A stretch of 64,000 nucleotides of DNA. Origin: Squalus acanthias (lineage: Eukaryota). The stretch lies in the NCBI GenBank assembly GCA_030390025.1, contig CM059452.1:8122001-8186000 (forward strand), given 5' to 3'. Below, one piece after another: positions 1 through 11,225 of the stretch (positions within the stretch are counted from its first letter, which is position 1; every line of letters starts with the position of its first letter). The notes under the pieces were generated by a model. That model did not search any database. It was not told where the DNA came from and saw only the letters and a list, made by a program, of their open reading frames with translations. The position numbers and the translations under genes are program-made.

Positions 1-829
1 AACAAGGTAAGTGGTTAATTAATTACAATTTAAAAATGTTTTCAACAGGTTTATCTTTTTTAGATACTTTAAAGAATGGTAAGTTTATTTTTAGCACCGT
101 TACAAAGTATAATTAATTTTTTCAAATATTTAAATTTTTGTTTCAGGTAGTTAATTTATTTAACTGATAGTTATTTTAAAAATGTAATTTAAAAAAAAAA
201 TTATTTGAAGTTTAAGTGTGGTTTTGGGGCCGATCTCTATTCATAGATTTGACAGGTCTCTCTGTCAAATCTATGAATGAAAATGCCCTGCTAGGATTGG
301 CTCTCCATGGCCCACGTGATCCCAGGGGACGCTTCGAACTAACTGCGCCCCTGGGATACACAAGCTCTGCGCGCAGGCAGCTGCAGGAGGCCCAGGACCC
401 GAAGTCCTCGTGGGCCCAAAGCTCAACTGCAGGCGCGGTAGGCAAGTACGCGCACGATGCTTGCACCCGCAGGAAGCCTGAAAGCTGAATTTCTGGCCCA
501 ATGGCTCCGCCCTCAGGGTCAAGAGCTCTACACGAAAATTGCACTGGTTCAAAACGAGTGTCAAATGAAACCCAGGATTTTAGGTGCAACTGGAAACAAA
601 GTAAATTTTCTGGTGTCTTGTTGCGATTTTTGGGGCGATGAAAATGTGCGGGAACCAGTTGCAGCCCCCGTCAGAGGAGAAGTGAAAGCTCCGGAGAATG
701 GAGTTCCAAGGGGTCTTTTGTGGTGGAGAATAATGTGTAATACCGATTTGAAGTAGTTTGTTTATTTCTGTCATTAATGAACACTTAAAATGTCTGGTGA
801 GAGAGTCAGAGGAAATATGACTGCAGGGC

Positions 830-1372
830 AGTCATAGCAACATGGGAACCAGGAGTAGGCCATTCAGCCCATCCAGCCTGTTCCGCCATTCAATGAGATC
901 ATGGCTGATCTGCACCTCAACACCATCTACACGCCTTGTTTCTGTAACCCTTGATACCTTGCCTAACAAAAATCTATCAACCTCAGGTTTGAAATTTGCA
1001 ATTGGCCCACAGCCTCAACAGATTTTTTGCAGTGAGAGAGTTCCAGATTTCCACTGTCCTTTGTGTGAAGAAGTGTTTCCTGACATCACCCCTGAACGGC
1101 TCGGTTCTAATTTTAAGGTTATTCCCCTTGTTCTGGACTCCCGCACCAGAGGAAATAGTTTCTCTCTATCTCCCCTATCAATTCCATTTATCAACTTAAA
1201 CACCTCAATTAGATCTTCCATAATCAAAGGAATAGAAGCCTATTATGTGCAACCTGTCCTCATTATTTAACACTTTTCCCGATATCATTCTATTAAATCT
1301 GCACTGCAGCCCCTCCAAGGCCAATATATCCTTCCGGATGTGTGGAGCCCAGAATTGAATGCAGTTCTCTAA
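830..1372 (-). mobile_element. CR1-type LINE 3' fragment (degenerate)
   Basis: Translates to CR1 ORF2 C-terminal motifs (YLENCIQFWAPHIRKDILALEG; DLIEVFKLINGIDR; ESRTRG) plus CR1 3' UTR. Confidence 0.85.
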
Positions 1373-1554
1373 ATAGGGAAGAGGCCCTTTCTCGCAGTGG
1401 GTCTCGAGACCGTTAAAAGTAAAGGGTTCCAGAAACCTACTGCCGCTCATAATATGATCAGCCAACTCAGGATAAACCTGAGACCGAGGACACCTCACAT
1501 CAGAGCAGAGGGAAACCTTCTTTGGCGAGGTTATGGAATCATGAACCGTGAGGA

Positions 1555-1985
1555 ATCCTGATTCAGAAGATTGTGGGTTCAAGTCTCACTCCAAATACGT
1601 GAACAGAAGATGTAAATTGACGCTCCCAGTGCAGCACTGAGGGAGCGCTACTCTGTCGGAGGTGCCGTCTTTCGCATGAGACTTTAAACAGACCTCTCAG
1701 GTGGACGTAAAAGATCCCATGGCACTATTTCGAGGAGGAGCAGGGGAAATCTCCCAGGTGTCCTGACCAATATTTATCCCTGAACAAACATCACTAAATA
1801 ATAAGATTGTCTGGTCATTATCACATTGCTGCTTGTGGAACTTTACTGTCTGCAAATTGGCCGCCGCGATTTCTACATTACAACAGTGACCACATTTCAG
1901 GAATTACTTCCTTGGCGGTAAAGCGCTTTGGGACGTCCAGAGGTCGGGAAAGGCGCTATGTAAAGGTAGTTCTTTCTTTTATTTT
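1555..1985 (+). mobile_element. tRNA-derived SINE (SacSINE1/Deu-like), 5'-truncated
   Basis: B-box GGTTCAAGTC, body GGACGTAAAAGATCCCATGGCACTATTT shared with copies at 16645, 30920 and 58281, tail AAGCGCTTTGGGACGTCC. Confidence 0.7.
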
Positions 1986-2285
1986 ATATCGGAAGAAAAC
2001 ACAAACAGCATGATTGTAAATTAGAAATAGAGCTTTCTCAGGGTAAACCTGAGACTGAGGACACCTCATTCACTGTCTGACATCACAGCTGAGGGAAACG
2101 TTTAGCGAAGTTTATTGAATGCTGAACCGTGAGGAACCCTGAGTCAACACTGACATCGGAAGGAAACACAAACTGTGTGATTGGAAATGAGAAATAGTTC
2201 AGTGCTTTTTACTAATTCCAATAAAAGTCCTGACTGAGATCAGCGCTCAAAATGATCTGGGCCTGCTCGGGATTGTGTCACTTAC

Positions 2286-2603
2286 CCAGAGATCTGGAGA
2301 TGTTTCGGCTTTGGGTGACCCCTTGATGAGAGACCTGGCAGGTATAGACCGAGCCGGCAAACCAATCCCCGGCGGTGAATGTCAGCCGACTGGTCGCCGA
2401 GAAGTTCCCGTTCACTTCAAAGACGGGAGAAGTGACGAAATCCGAATCCATGAGCTGCCCATTCTTCAGCCAAGTCACGGTCAGTGACTTTGGACGGAAA
2501 TCGATGATTGAACACACGGCGGTTGCAGACCTGATGCTGGTGATTTCTTCACTGGAACTCCGGGTGAGGATCACAGTTGGATGGACGATGTCCTGTTTAG
2601 GAC
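2286..2603 (-). CDS. IGHM: Immunoglobulin mu heavy chain CH2 exon (open)
   Basis: tttgaag| acceptor and |gtaagt donor, 318 bp, phase 1/1; [49 protein letters not shown] matches shark IgM CH2. Confidence 0.92.
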
Positions 2604-2729
2604 CTTCAAAAGAACACATGTTAATAACATTCCTTATAAAATAAAAGATTAAGAAATGCAACATGTCCTTATATTTTAACAGGACCTTTACTGTCAGGCT
2701 CACACTAACCTGGCACCTCCAGAGAGCAT

Positions 2730-5700
2730 AACTGTGCACTGTATTCTAAGTGTGATATGGAGACCGGAACTCTACACAGTACAGGAAGTGTGCGATGGAG
2801 ACCAGAACTGTGCACAGTACTCTAAGTGTGATATGGAGACCGGAACTCGGCTTAATACAGTAAGTGTGATATGGCGGCCAGAACTCTACACAGTACTCTA
2901 AGTGTGATATGGAGACCCGAACGCTACTCACTACTCTAACTATGAAATGGAGATCAGAACTGTGCACAGTAAACTAAGTGTAATATGGAGGCCAGAATTG
3001 TGCACAGTACACGAAGTGCGAAATGGACAGCAGAACTGTGTAGTGTACACTAAGTGTGATATGGCGGCCAGAATTGTGCACAGTACACGAAGTGCGATGT
3101 GGACAGCAGAACAGTGTAGTGTACACTAAGTGTGATATGGCGACCAGAATTGTGCACAGTACACGAAGTGCGATATGGACAGCAGAACTGTGTAGTGTAC
3201 ACTAAGTGTGATATGGCGGCCAGAATTGTGCACAGTACACGAAGTGCGATATGGACAGCAGAACAGTGTAGTGTACACTAAGTGTGATATGGAGACTACA
3301 ACTGTTCACAAGACTCTAAGTATGATGTGGAGACCAGAACTGTGCACAGTATTGTAAATGTGATATAGAGGCCAGAAATGTGATCAGTACTTCAAGTGTG
3401 ATATGGAGACCAGAACTGTGCACAGTACACTAAGTGTAATATGGAGACCAGAACTGTGCACAGTACACTAAGTGTAATATGGAGAACAGAACTGTGCACA
3501 GTACACTAAGTGTGATATGCAGACCAGAACTGTGCACGGTACACTAAGTGTAATATGGAGACCAGAACTGTGCACAGTACACTAAGTGTAATGTGGAGAC
3601 CAGAACTGCGCACAATACACTAAATGTAATATATAGACTGGAACTTTACACAGTTCACTAAGAGCGATACGGAGAACAGAACTGTACACAGTACACTAAG
3701 TGTAATATGGAGACCAGAACTGTGCACAGTACACTAAGTGTAATATGGAGAACAGAACTGTGCACAGTACACTAAGTGTAATATGGAGAACAGAACTGTT
3801 CACAGTACACTAAGTGTAATATGGAGAACAGAACTGTTCACAGTACACTAAGAGTGATATGGAGAACAGAACTGTACACAGTACACTAAGTGTAATATGG
3901 AGAACAGAACTGAGCACAGTACACTAAGTGTAATATGGAGAACAGAACTGTACACAGTACTCTAAGTGTGATATGGAGACTAGAACTGTGCACAGTACAC
4001 TAAGTGTGATGTGGAGAACACAACTGTGCTCAGTAACCTAAGTGTAATATGGAGACTGGAACTGTGCACAGTACATTCAGTGTAATAAGGAGACTAGACC
4101 TGTACACAGTACACTAAGTGTAATATGGAGACCAGAACTGTGCACAGTACACCACGTGTGATATGGAGACCAGTAGTGAGACCACACCTTGAGTACTGTG
4201 TGCAGTTTTGGTCGCCTTATCTGAGGAAGGATGTTCTTGCCATGGAAGGAGTTCAGCGAAGATTCACCAGGCTGATACCTGGGATGGATGGAATGACGTA
4301 TGAAGAGAGATTGGGTCGATTGGGCTTATACTCGCTGGAGTTTGGATGAATGAGAGGGGATCTCATTGAAATTTATAAAATTCTGACAGGACAGGACAAA
4401 CTAGATGCAGGAAGGATGTTCCCGATGGTCGGGGAGTCCAGAACCAGGGGTCACAGTCTAAGGATAAGGGGTAAGCCATTTAGGACAGAAATGAGGAGGA
4501 ATTTCTTCACCCAGAGAGTAGAGAACCTGTGGAATTCTCTGCCACAGAAGGCAGTAGAGGCCAATTCATTAAATAGATTCAAGAAGGAGTTGGATATATT
4601 TCTTAAGGCTAAAGGGATCAAGGGATATGGGGAGAAAGCAGGGACAGGGTACTGAATTTGGATGATCAGCCATGATCGCATTGAATGACGGAGCAGGCTA
4701 GAGGGGCCGAATGGCCTACTCCTGCTCCTATCTTCTATGATTCTAAGATTCCATGATTCTATGCACAGTACACTAAGTGTGATATGGAGACCAGAACTGT
4801 ACACAGTACACTAACTGTGATATGGAGACCAGAACTGTGCACAGTATACTCAGTGTGATATGGAGACTGGAACTGTGCACAGTACACTAAGTGCGATATG
4901 GAGACCAGTAATGTGCACAGTATACTAAGTGTGATATGGAGACTGGAACTGTGCACAGTACACTAAGTGTGATATGGAGACCAGTAATGTGCACAGTATA
5001 CTAAGTGTGATATGGAGACCAGAACTGAGCACAATACACTAAGTGTAATAAGGAGAGCAGAACTGTGCACAGTACACTAAGTGTAATATGGAGAACAGAA
5101 CTGGTCACAGTACACTAAGTGTAATATGGAGAACAGAACTGTGCACAGTACACTAAGTGTAATATGGAGAACAGAACTGTTCACAGTACACTAAGTGTAA
5201 TATGGAGACTGGAACTGTGCACAGTACACTTAGTGTGATATGGAGACCAGGACCGTGCACAGGACACTAAGTGTGATATGGAGACCAGAACTGTGCATAG
5301 TACACTAAGTGTGATATGGAGAACAGAACTGTGCACATTACACTAAGTGTAAGAAGGAGACTGGAACTGTGCACAGTACACTAAGTGTAACATGGAGAAC
5401 AGAACTGTTCACAGTACACTAAGTGTAATACGGAGACTGGAACTGTGCACAGTACACTAAGTGTGATATGGAGACCAGGACTGTGCACAGTACACTAAGT
5501 GTGATATGGAGAACAGAACTGTGCACAGTACACTGAGTGTAATACGGAGACTGGAACTGTGCACAGTACACTAAGTGTAATATGGAGAACAGAACTGTTC
5601 ACAGTACACTAACTGTAATACGGAGACTGGAACTGTGCACAGTACACTAAGTGTAACATGGAGAACAGAACTGCTCACAGTACACTAAGTGTGATATGGA

Positions 5701-7200
5701 GACCAGAACTGTGCACAGTACACTAAGTGTGATATGGAGACCAGAACTGGGCACAGTATACTAAATGTGATATGGTGACCAGAACTGTGCACAGTACACT
5801 AAGTGTAATATGGAGAACAGAACTGTGCACAGTACACTAAGTGTAATATGGAGAACAGAACTGTGCACAGTACACTAAGTGTAATATGGAGAACAGAACT
5901 GTTCACAGTACACTAAGTGTAATATGGATAACAGAACTGTGCACAGTACACTAAGTTTAATATGGAGAACAGAACTGTGCACAGTACACTAAGTGTAATA
6001 TGGAGAACAGAACTGTGCACAGTACACTAGGTGTAATATGGAGAACAGAACTGTTCACAGTACACTAAGTGTAATATGGAGACGGGAACTGTGCACAGTA
6101 CACTAAGTGTGATATGGAGACCAGAACTGTGCACTGTACACTAAGTGTGATATGGAGAGTAGAACTGTACACAGTACACTAAGTGTAATGTGGAGACGGG
6201 AACTGTGCACAGTACACTAAGTGTAATATGGAGACTGCAACTGTGCACAGTACACTAACTGTAATATGGAGAACAGAACTGTGCACAGTCCACTAAGTGT
6301 AATATGGAGACTGGAACTGTGCACAGTACACTAAGTGTGATATGGAGACCAGAACTATGCACAGTACACTAATTGTGATATGGAGACTGGAACTGTGCAT
6401 AGTACACTAAGTGTGATATGGAGACCAGTAATGTGCACAGTACACTAAGTGTAATATGGAGACCAGAACTGTGCATAGTACACTAAGTGTAATATGGAGA
6501 ACAGAACTGTGCACAGTACACGAAGTGTGATATGGAGTCCAGAACTGTGCACAGTACACTAAGTGTAATATGGAGACCAGTAGTGTGCACAGTACACTAA
6601 GTTTAATATGGAGACTGGAACTGTGCATAGTACACTAAGTGTGATATGGAGACCAGTAGTGTGCACAGTACACTAAGTGTAATATGGAGAACAGAACTGT
6701 GCACAGTACACTAAGTGTAATATGGAGAACAGAACTGTGCACAGTACACTAAGTGTAATATGGAGAACAGAACTGTGCACAGTACACTAAGTGTGATATG
6801 GAGACCAGAACTCTGCACAGTACACTAAGTGTGATATGGAGAACAGAACTGTGCACAGTACACTAAGTGTAATATGGAGAACAGAACTGTGCACAGTACA
6901 CTAAGTGTGATATGGAGACCAGAACTCTGCACAGTACACTAAGTGTGATATGGAGACCAGAACTGTGCACAGTACACTAAGTGTGATATGGAGATCAGAA
7001 CTTTGCACAGTACACTAAGTGTGATATGGAGACCAGAACTCTGCAAATTACACTAAGTGTGATATGGAGACCAGAACTGTGCACAGTACACTAAGTGTGA
7101 TATGGAGAACAGAACTTTGCACAGTGCACTAAGTGTAATATGGAGAACAGAACTGTGCACAGTACACTACGCGTGATATGGAGTCCAAAACTGTTAACAA
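2730..7200. repeat. 38-bp tandem satellite filling the CH1-CH2 intron
   Basis: Unit CACTAAGTGT(A/G)ATATGGAGA(C/A)CAGAACTGTGCACAGTA repeated roughly 100 times, interrupted by a CR1 fragment. Confidence 0.95.
4176..4762 (+). mobile_element. CR1 LINE 3' fragment inserted in the satellite
   Basis: RPHLEYCVQFWSPYLRKD...GIKGYGEKAGTGY, 3' UTR and (GATTCTAT)-like tail. Confidence 0.92.
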
Positions 7201-7310
7201 TAGTCCAATGTGGACTAACCAAATTTCTGTAAAAGTTGAACATAACGCCTCACCTTCTCACAGTTCCCCCCCACCCCCCCCCCCCTCCTCCTGTATCCCA
7301 CAATACTAAC

Positions 7311-7610
7311 CTCGTATTTTTATTCCCCAGTCCGACCCACTTTGTCGAAACTGGCATTAGATTGTGCTGCTCCCCACCTCTGACTCGGTGATGGTTAACT
7401 GGCTGCTCAGGGTGTAGGTTCCCTTCTTGTTGAACACTGACGGGTAGGTCTTCAATCCAGTGGTGATCGGCTCTTTATCTTTCCTCCAGGAAAGGCTGGT
7501 GATTTCCGGGAAGTAGTCCATCGCCAAACAGCCGTAGGTGACGGGGCCGCCGGTGTTGGGTTGTTCACAGGAGGAGAGCAGGGCGTAGAGGGTGGGAGGA
7601 GACTGTGTCG
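7311..7610 (-). pseudogene. IGHM: Immunoglobulin mu CH1 exon with in-frame stop
   Basis: ttcccag| acceptor, |gttagt donor, 300 bp; [60 protein letters not shown]; TAA at 7357-7359 replaces the Tyr before the second Cys. Confidence 0.9.
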
Positions 7611-8510
7611 CTGGGAAAGAATGGCCAATTGAACAAGTTAGATTCTGTAATCCGTGTTTATAACATAAGCAATCAACTCGAAATTTGACTACAGGATAAA
7701 CTCATGCCATCATTATCCGATCAATAGCTACATCGGCATTTGAGCTTCTGTCAGTTCCATCATAAGCACCTGTCGATCCCCTGGTCAGGAACACACCTCT
7801 CTGTCCCCGAGCTCTATCACATTACACAAATAAGAACCTTTTCACGTCACCACAATAAATTATCTTTCATTGGCTCATAAAATAGAAGAGCAGAGACGTT
7901 TTCCTGCTATTTCGGCCAGCATTTATTTCTCAATCAACGTCACTTCTGGTCATTTATTTCATTGCAGTTTTTGGAAATTTGCTCTGTGCCAATTGAGTGC
8001 TGCGTTTCCCTACAAAACAACAGTGACTACACTTCAAAAGTAACAGCGTAATCCACGCTTATAAAATTAGCGAAAATACTCAAAACTTGATGAACACAGA
8101 ATTTCCACTGCCTAGTTTCTAAGATTCAAGCTGTAGATAAATCGGGATTGATGAGAATCTATTTCTTTCCCTGCATGTTTGAGGAAGACCGATGTACTTC
8201 AACGCACTGTGATTTGTGCTCTATCCCATTCTATTGAATGGACGTCTCCTGAGTTTTCTCCTCCTTCCCACTCAATTAATAATCCGCGTTCAATACGGTT
8301 CCAAAATCCGGTTTATTGAAGTTTCTCTTTAAATGCTCCATTTCATTTAGCAAAGTAGCTTTCGACCTCCCACCAGTGAGAACAGGCGCTGCTTTCCGGG
8401 TCGTTACAGTCACTTCTTGTTGCTATTTGTACCGAAAATTATCTAAACATCGGGACAGGTTTCTTTTCTAAATATCTAATATTGGCAATCCTTCAACATT
8501 ATAAATCTGT

Positions 8511-9530
8511 AGGAGGCAGAGAGTAGTGGTGATCGGATGTTGTACTAACTGGATAAAATGATGCAGTGGGTCCCCCATGGATCGCTATTAGGACCATTGT
8601 TGTTTATGTTATATAAAAATGACCTGGACTTGGGGATAGTGAGCAAAATTTCGAAGTTCGCAGATGATTCAAAACTTGTTCAAGTAGCAAATAGTGAGCA
8701 GGATAGTAACTGTCTTCAGGGGGAAATACACAGACTGGTGAAATAGAGAGGCACATGGCAGATGCAATTTAATGTGGATAAGTGTGAAGCTATGCACTTT
8801 GGGAGTAACAACGTGGAGAGACAGTATAATCTAAATGGTACAATTTTGAGGCGATGCAAGAACAGAGAGACCTGGAATGCATATTAACAAATCGTTGAAG
8901 GTGGCAGGGCAAGTTGATAACGCTGTTAAGAAAGCGTATGGGATACTTGGCTTTATAAATATGGGCATTGAATATAAGAGAACAAGGAAGTTATGCTAAC
9001 CCTTTGCAAATCACGGGTTAGGCCTCAGCTGGAGTATTGTGCACAATTCTGGCACTACAATTTAGGAAGGATGACAAGGCCTTGGAGAGGGTATAGAGGA
9101 GTTTTAACAGGATTATACCAGGGATGAGGAACTTCAGTTATGTGGAGAGATTGGAGAAGCTGGGATGTTCTCCTTAGAGCAGAGAAGTTTAAGGGGAGAC
9201 ATAATAGAGGTATTCAAATTTATGGGAGGTTTTGACAGAGCAAATAGGCAGAAACCGTTTCCTCTGGCAAGTAGGTCGGTAACTAAAGCTCACAGATATA
9301 AAATAATTGGCAAACAATCTAGAGGGTAAATTGGGGTAATGTTTTTCACACAGAGGGTTGTTAAATTCTGGAATGCACCAGGCAGCTGGACATGTATTGA
9401 AGAGAACTCATTTGCAGGGTTACGAGGAAAATGCTGGGGTGTTGGACGAAATTGGACAGCTCCGTCAGAGCCGGCACAGGCAAGACGGGCCGAATGGTCT
9501 CTTGCTGTTCGGTAAGGTGCTATGATTCTG
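8511..9530 (+). mobile_element. CR1 LINE RT/3' fragment (degenerate)
   Basis: VPHGSLLGPLLF..ISKFADDSKL and downstream CR1 motifs. Confidence 0.85.
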
Positions 9531-10239
9531 CACGACTCAGCGGAATTAGTTCTTCTCGATTTAATGGAAGGAAACGCTTCATAATGTTGAACACCTCTAT
9601 CAGATCTATTTTTATTGTTTCTTATAATGAAAGAGGATATTTAAAATAAAGGGATCTGAGCAATTTGACGCGAATTAGTCAATCGGTTACTGTTATAAAG
9701 ACTTAAAGCTCATAGTGAATGACGTCCCATCGCAGGCTGACTGTTTCTCTTTAAATGATTCACAGAAATGCAGCTCAGTGATTGTGAGCCTTGTGCTGTG
9801 ACCCAGTCCAATAACAGCAACTCGGCCGTATTTGTCCCTTTTCAAAAAACAATTGAACCAAATAATGTTTTTCAAACATAAGATTCCCATGATGGTTATT
9901 TGGAGCGGGAGTGTCGACATTCTCCATTTAAATTGTCAAAATAACTTCCAGCCTCCCATCAGATCAGAACAGGCGCTGCTTTCTGGAGCGTTACAGTCAC
10001 TTCCTGAAACTGTTTGTTCTGAAATTGAGCTCAGGATCAGGCCAATCTCATTCAATCATTATTGGACAATCAAAATATTTAAATTCATTAAAATTTGGGC
10101 ATTTGTTTCAGAAAGAATGTTAACACCAATTAATGTGCGTTGTTCCATCTGGGCAATGGAACAATTTATTTTTTTATATCTGGCTAGATTACTGGTTAGA
10201 TGCAGATTAAGGTTCCTTGGAGACTGCCTGACCAAGCAC

Positions 10240-11225
10240 CATAATGTCAGATACAGCACGGATAAGATAGAGTAACGCTCGCTCTGCACTACCCTGGCTG
10301 TCAGATCAGGTATAGCAAAGGTTGGGTGCAGGGTGATGCTCCCTCTACACTGTCCTGTCAGACACTCCGGGTCAAGTATAGCAAGAGATAGATATCTTTT
10401 TAGACTGTCAGGTAAGATTAAGGCGGATTAGATAGAGAAAACAACTCGCTATGCACAGCCCAGTCAAATATTCACGCATCACATGCAGCAGAATTTAGAT
10501 ACAGTGCAAAACTCCATCTACACTGCCCTATCAAACACTGTGAGGTTTAATGATACTCGATTTAGATGCAGATTAAAACTTTACCCATATTGTCCCATCA
10601 AACATTCCCAGCTCTAGTAGAGCAGAGTTTGGATACAAAATAAATGCTCCATAAAATGCGCTTTCAAATTGTCCAAGTTAGGTAAAGCACAATTATATAC
10701 AAAGTAAAGCTTCCCATACACTGTCCCATTAAAGCTTCCCAGCTCACCTATAGCACTGATTAGATAGAAGGTAAATCTATACTGAAGTTGTCCATCAAAC
10801 TCCACGTCCTTGTAAATAAGAGATTAGATCTCCCAGTGCACTGCCCATCAAACGCACTCAGGACAGGTACAGCACGGGTGAGATACAGAGTAAAGCTCCC
10901 TCCACACTGCCCCATCAAACACTCCCAGGTAGGTACAGCACGGGTGAGATACAGAGTAAAGCTCCCTCCAAACTGTCCCGTCAAACATTCCCAGGACAGG
11001 TACAGCACGGGTGAGATACAGAGTAAAGCTCCCTCTACACTGTCTCATCAAACACTCCCAGGGCAGGTACAGCACAGGTTAGATACAGAGTAAAGCTCCC
11101 TCCACACTGTCCCATCAAACACTCCCAGGGCAGGTACAGCACGGGTTAGATACAGAGTAAAGCTCCCTCTACACTGTCCCATCAAACACTCCCGGGGCAG
11201 GTACAACACGGGTTAGATACAGAGT
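10240..11225. repeat. 67-bp tandem repeat (degenerate on left, homogeneous on right)
   Basis: Unit GTACAGCACGGGTTAGATACAGAGTAAAGCTCCCTCTACACTGTCCCATCAAACACTCCCAGGGCAG. Confidence 0.9.

Noticed and set aside
212-774. Short overlapping ORFs at the window start
   Set aside because: No Ig or other recognisable motifs; likely intronic or repeat DNA
1468-2146. ~100-bp diverged duplicate flanking a SINE, considered as a TM/secretory exon or TSD
   Set aside because: No coding or splice features; too long and diverged for a TSD
2730-7200. CRISPR-like array, class-switch region or RSS array
   Set aside because: No unique spacers; eukaryotic; lies between CH1 and CH2, not upstream of CH1; CACAGTA has no nonamer at 12 or 23 bp
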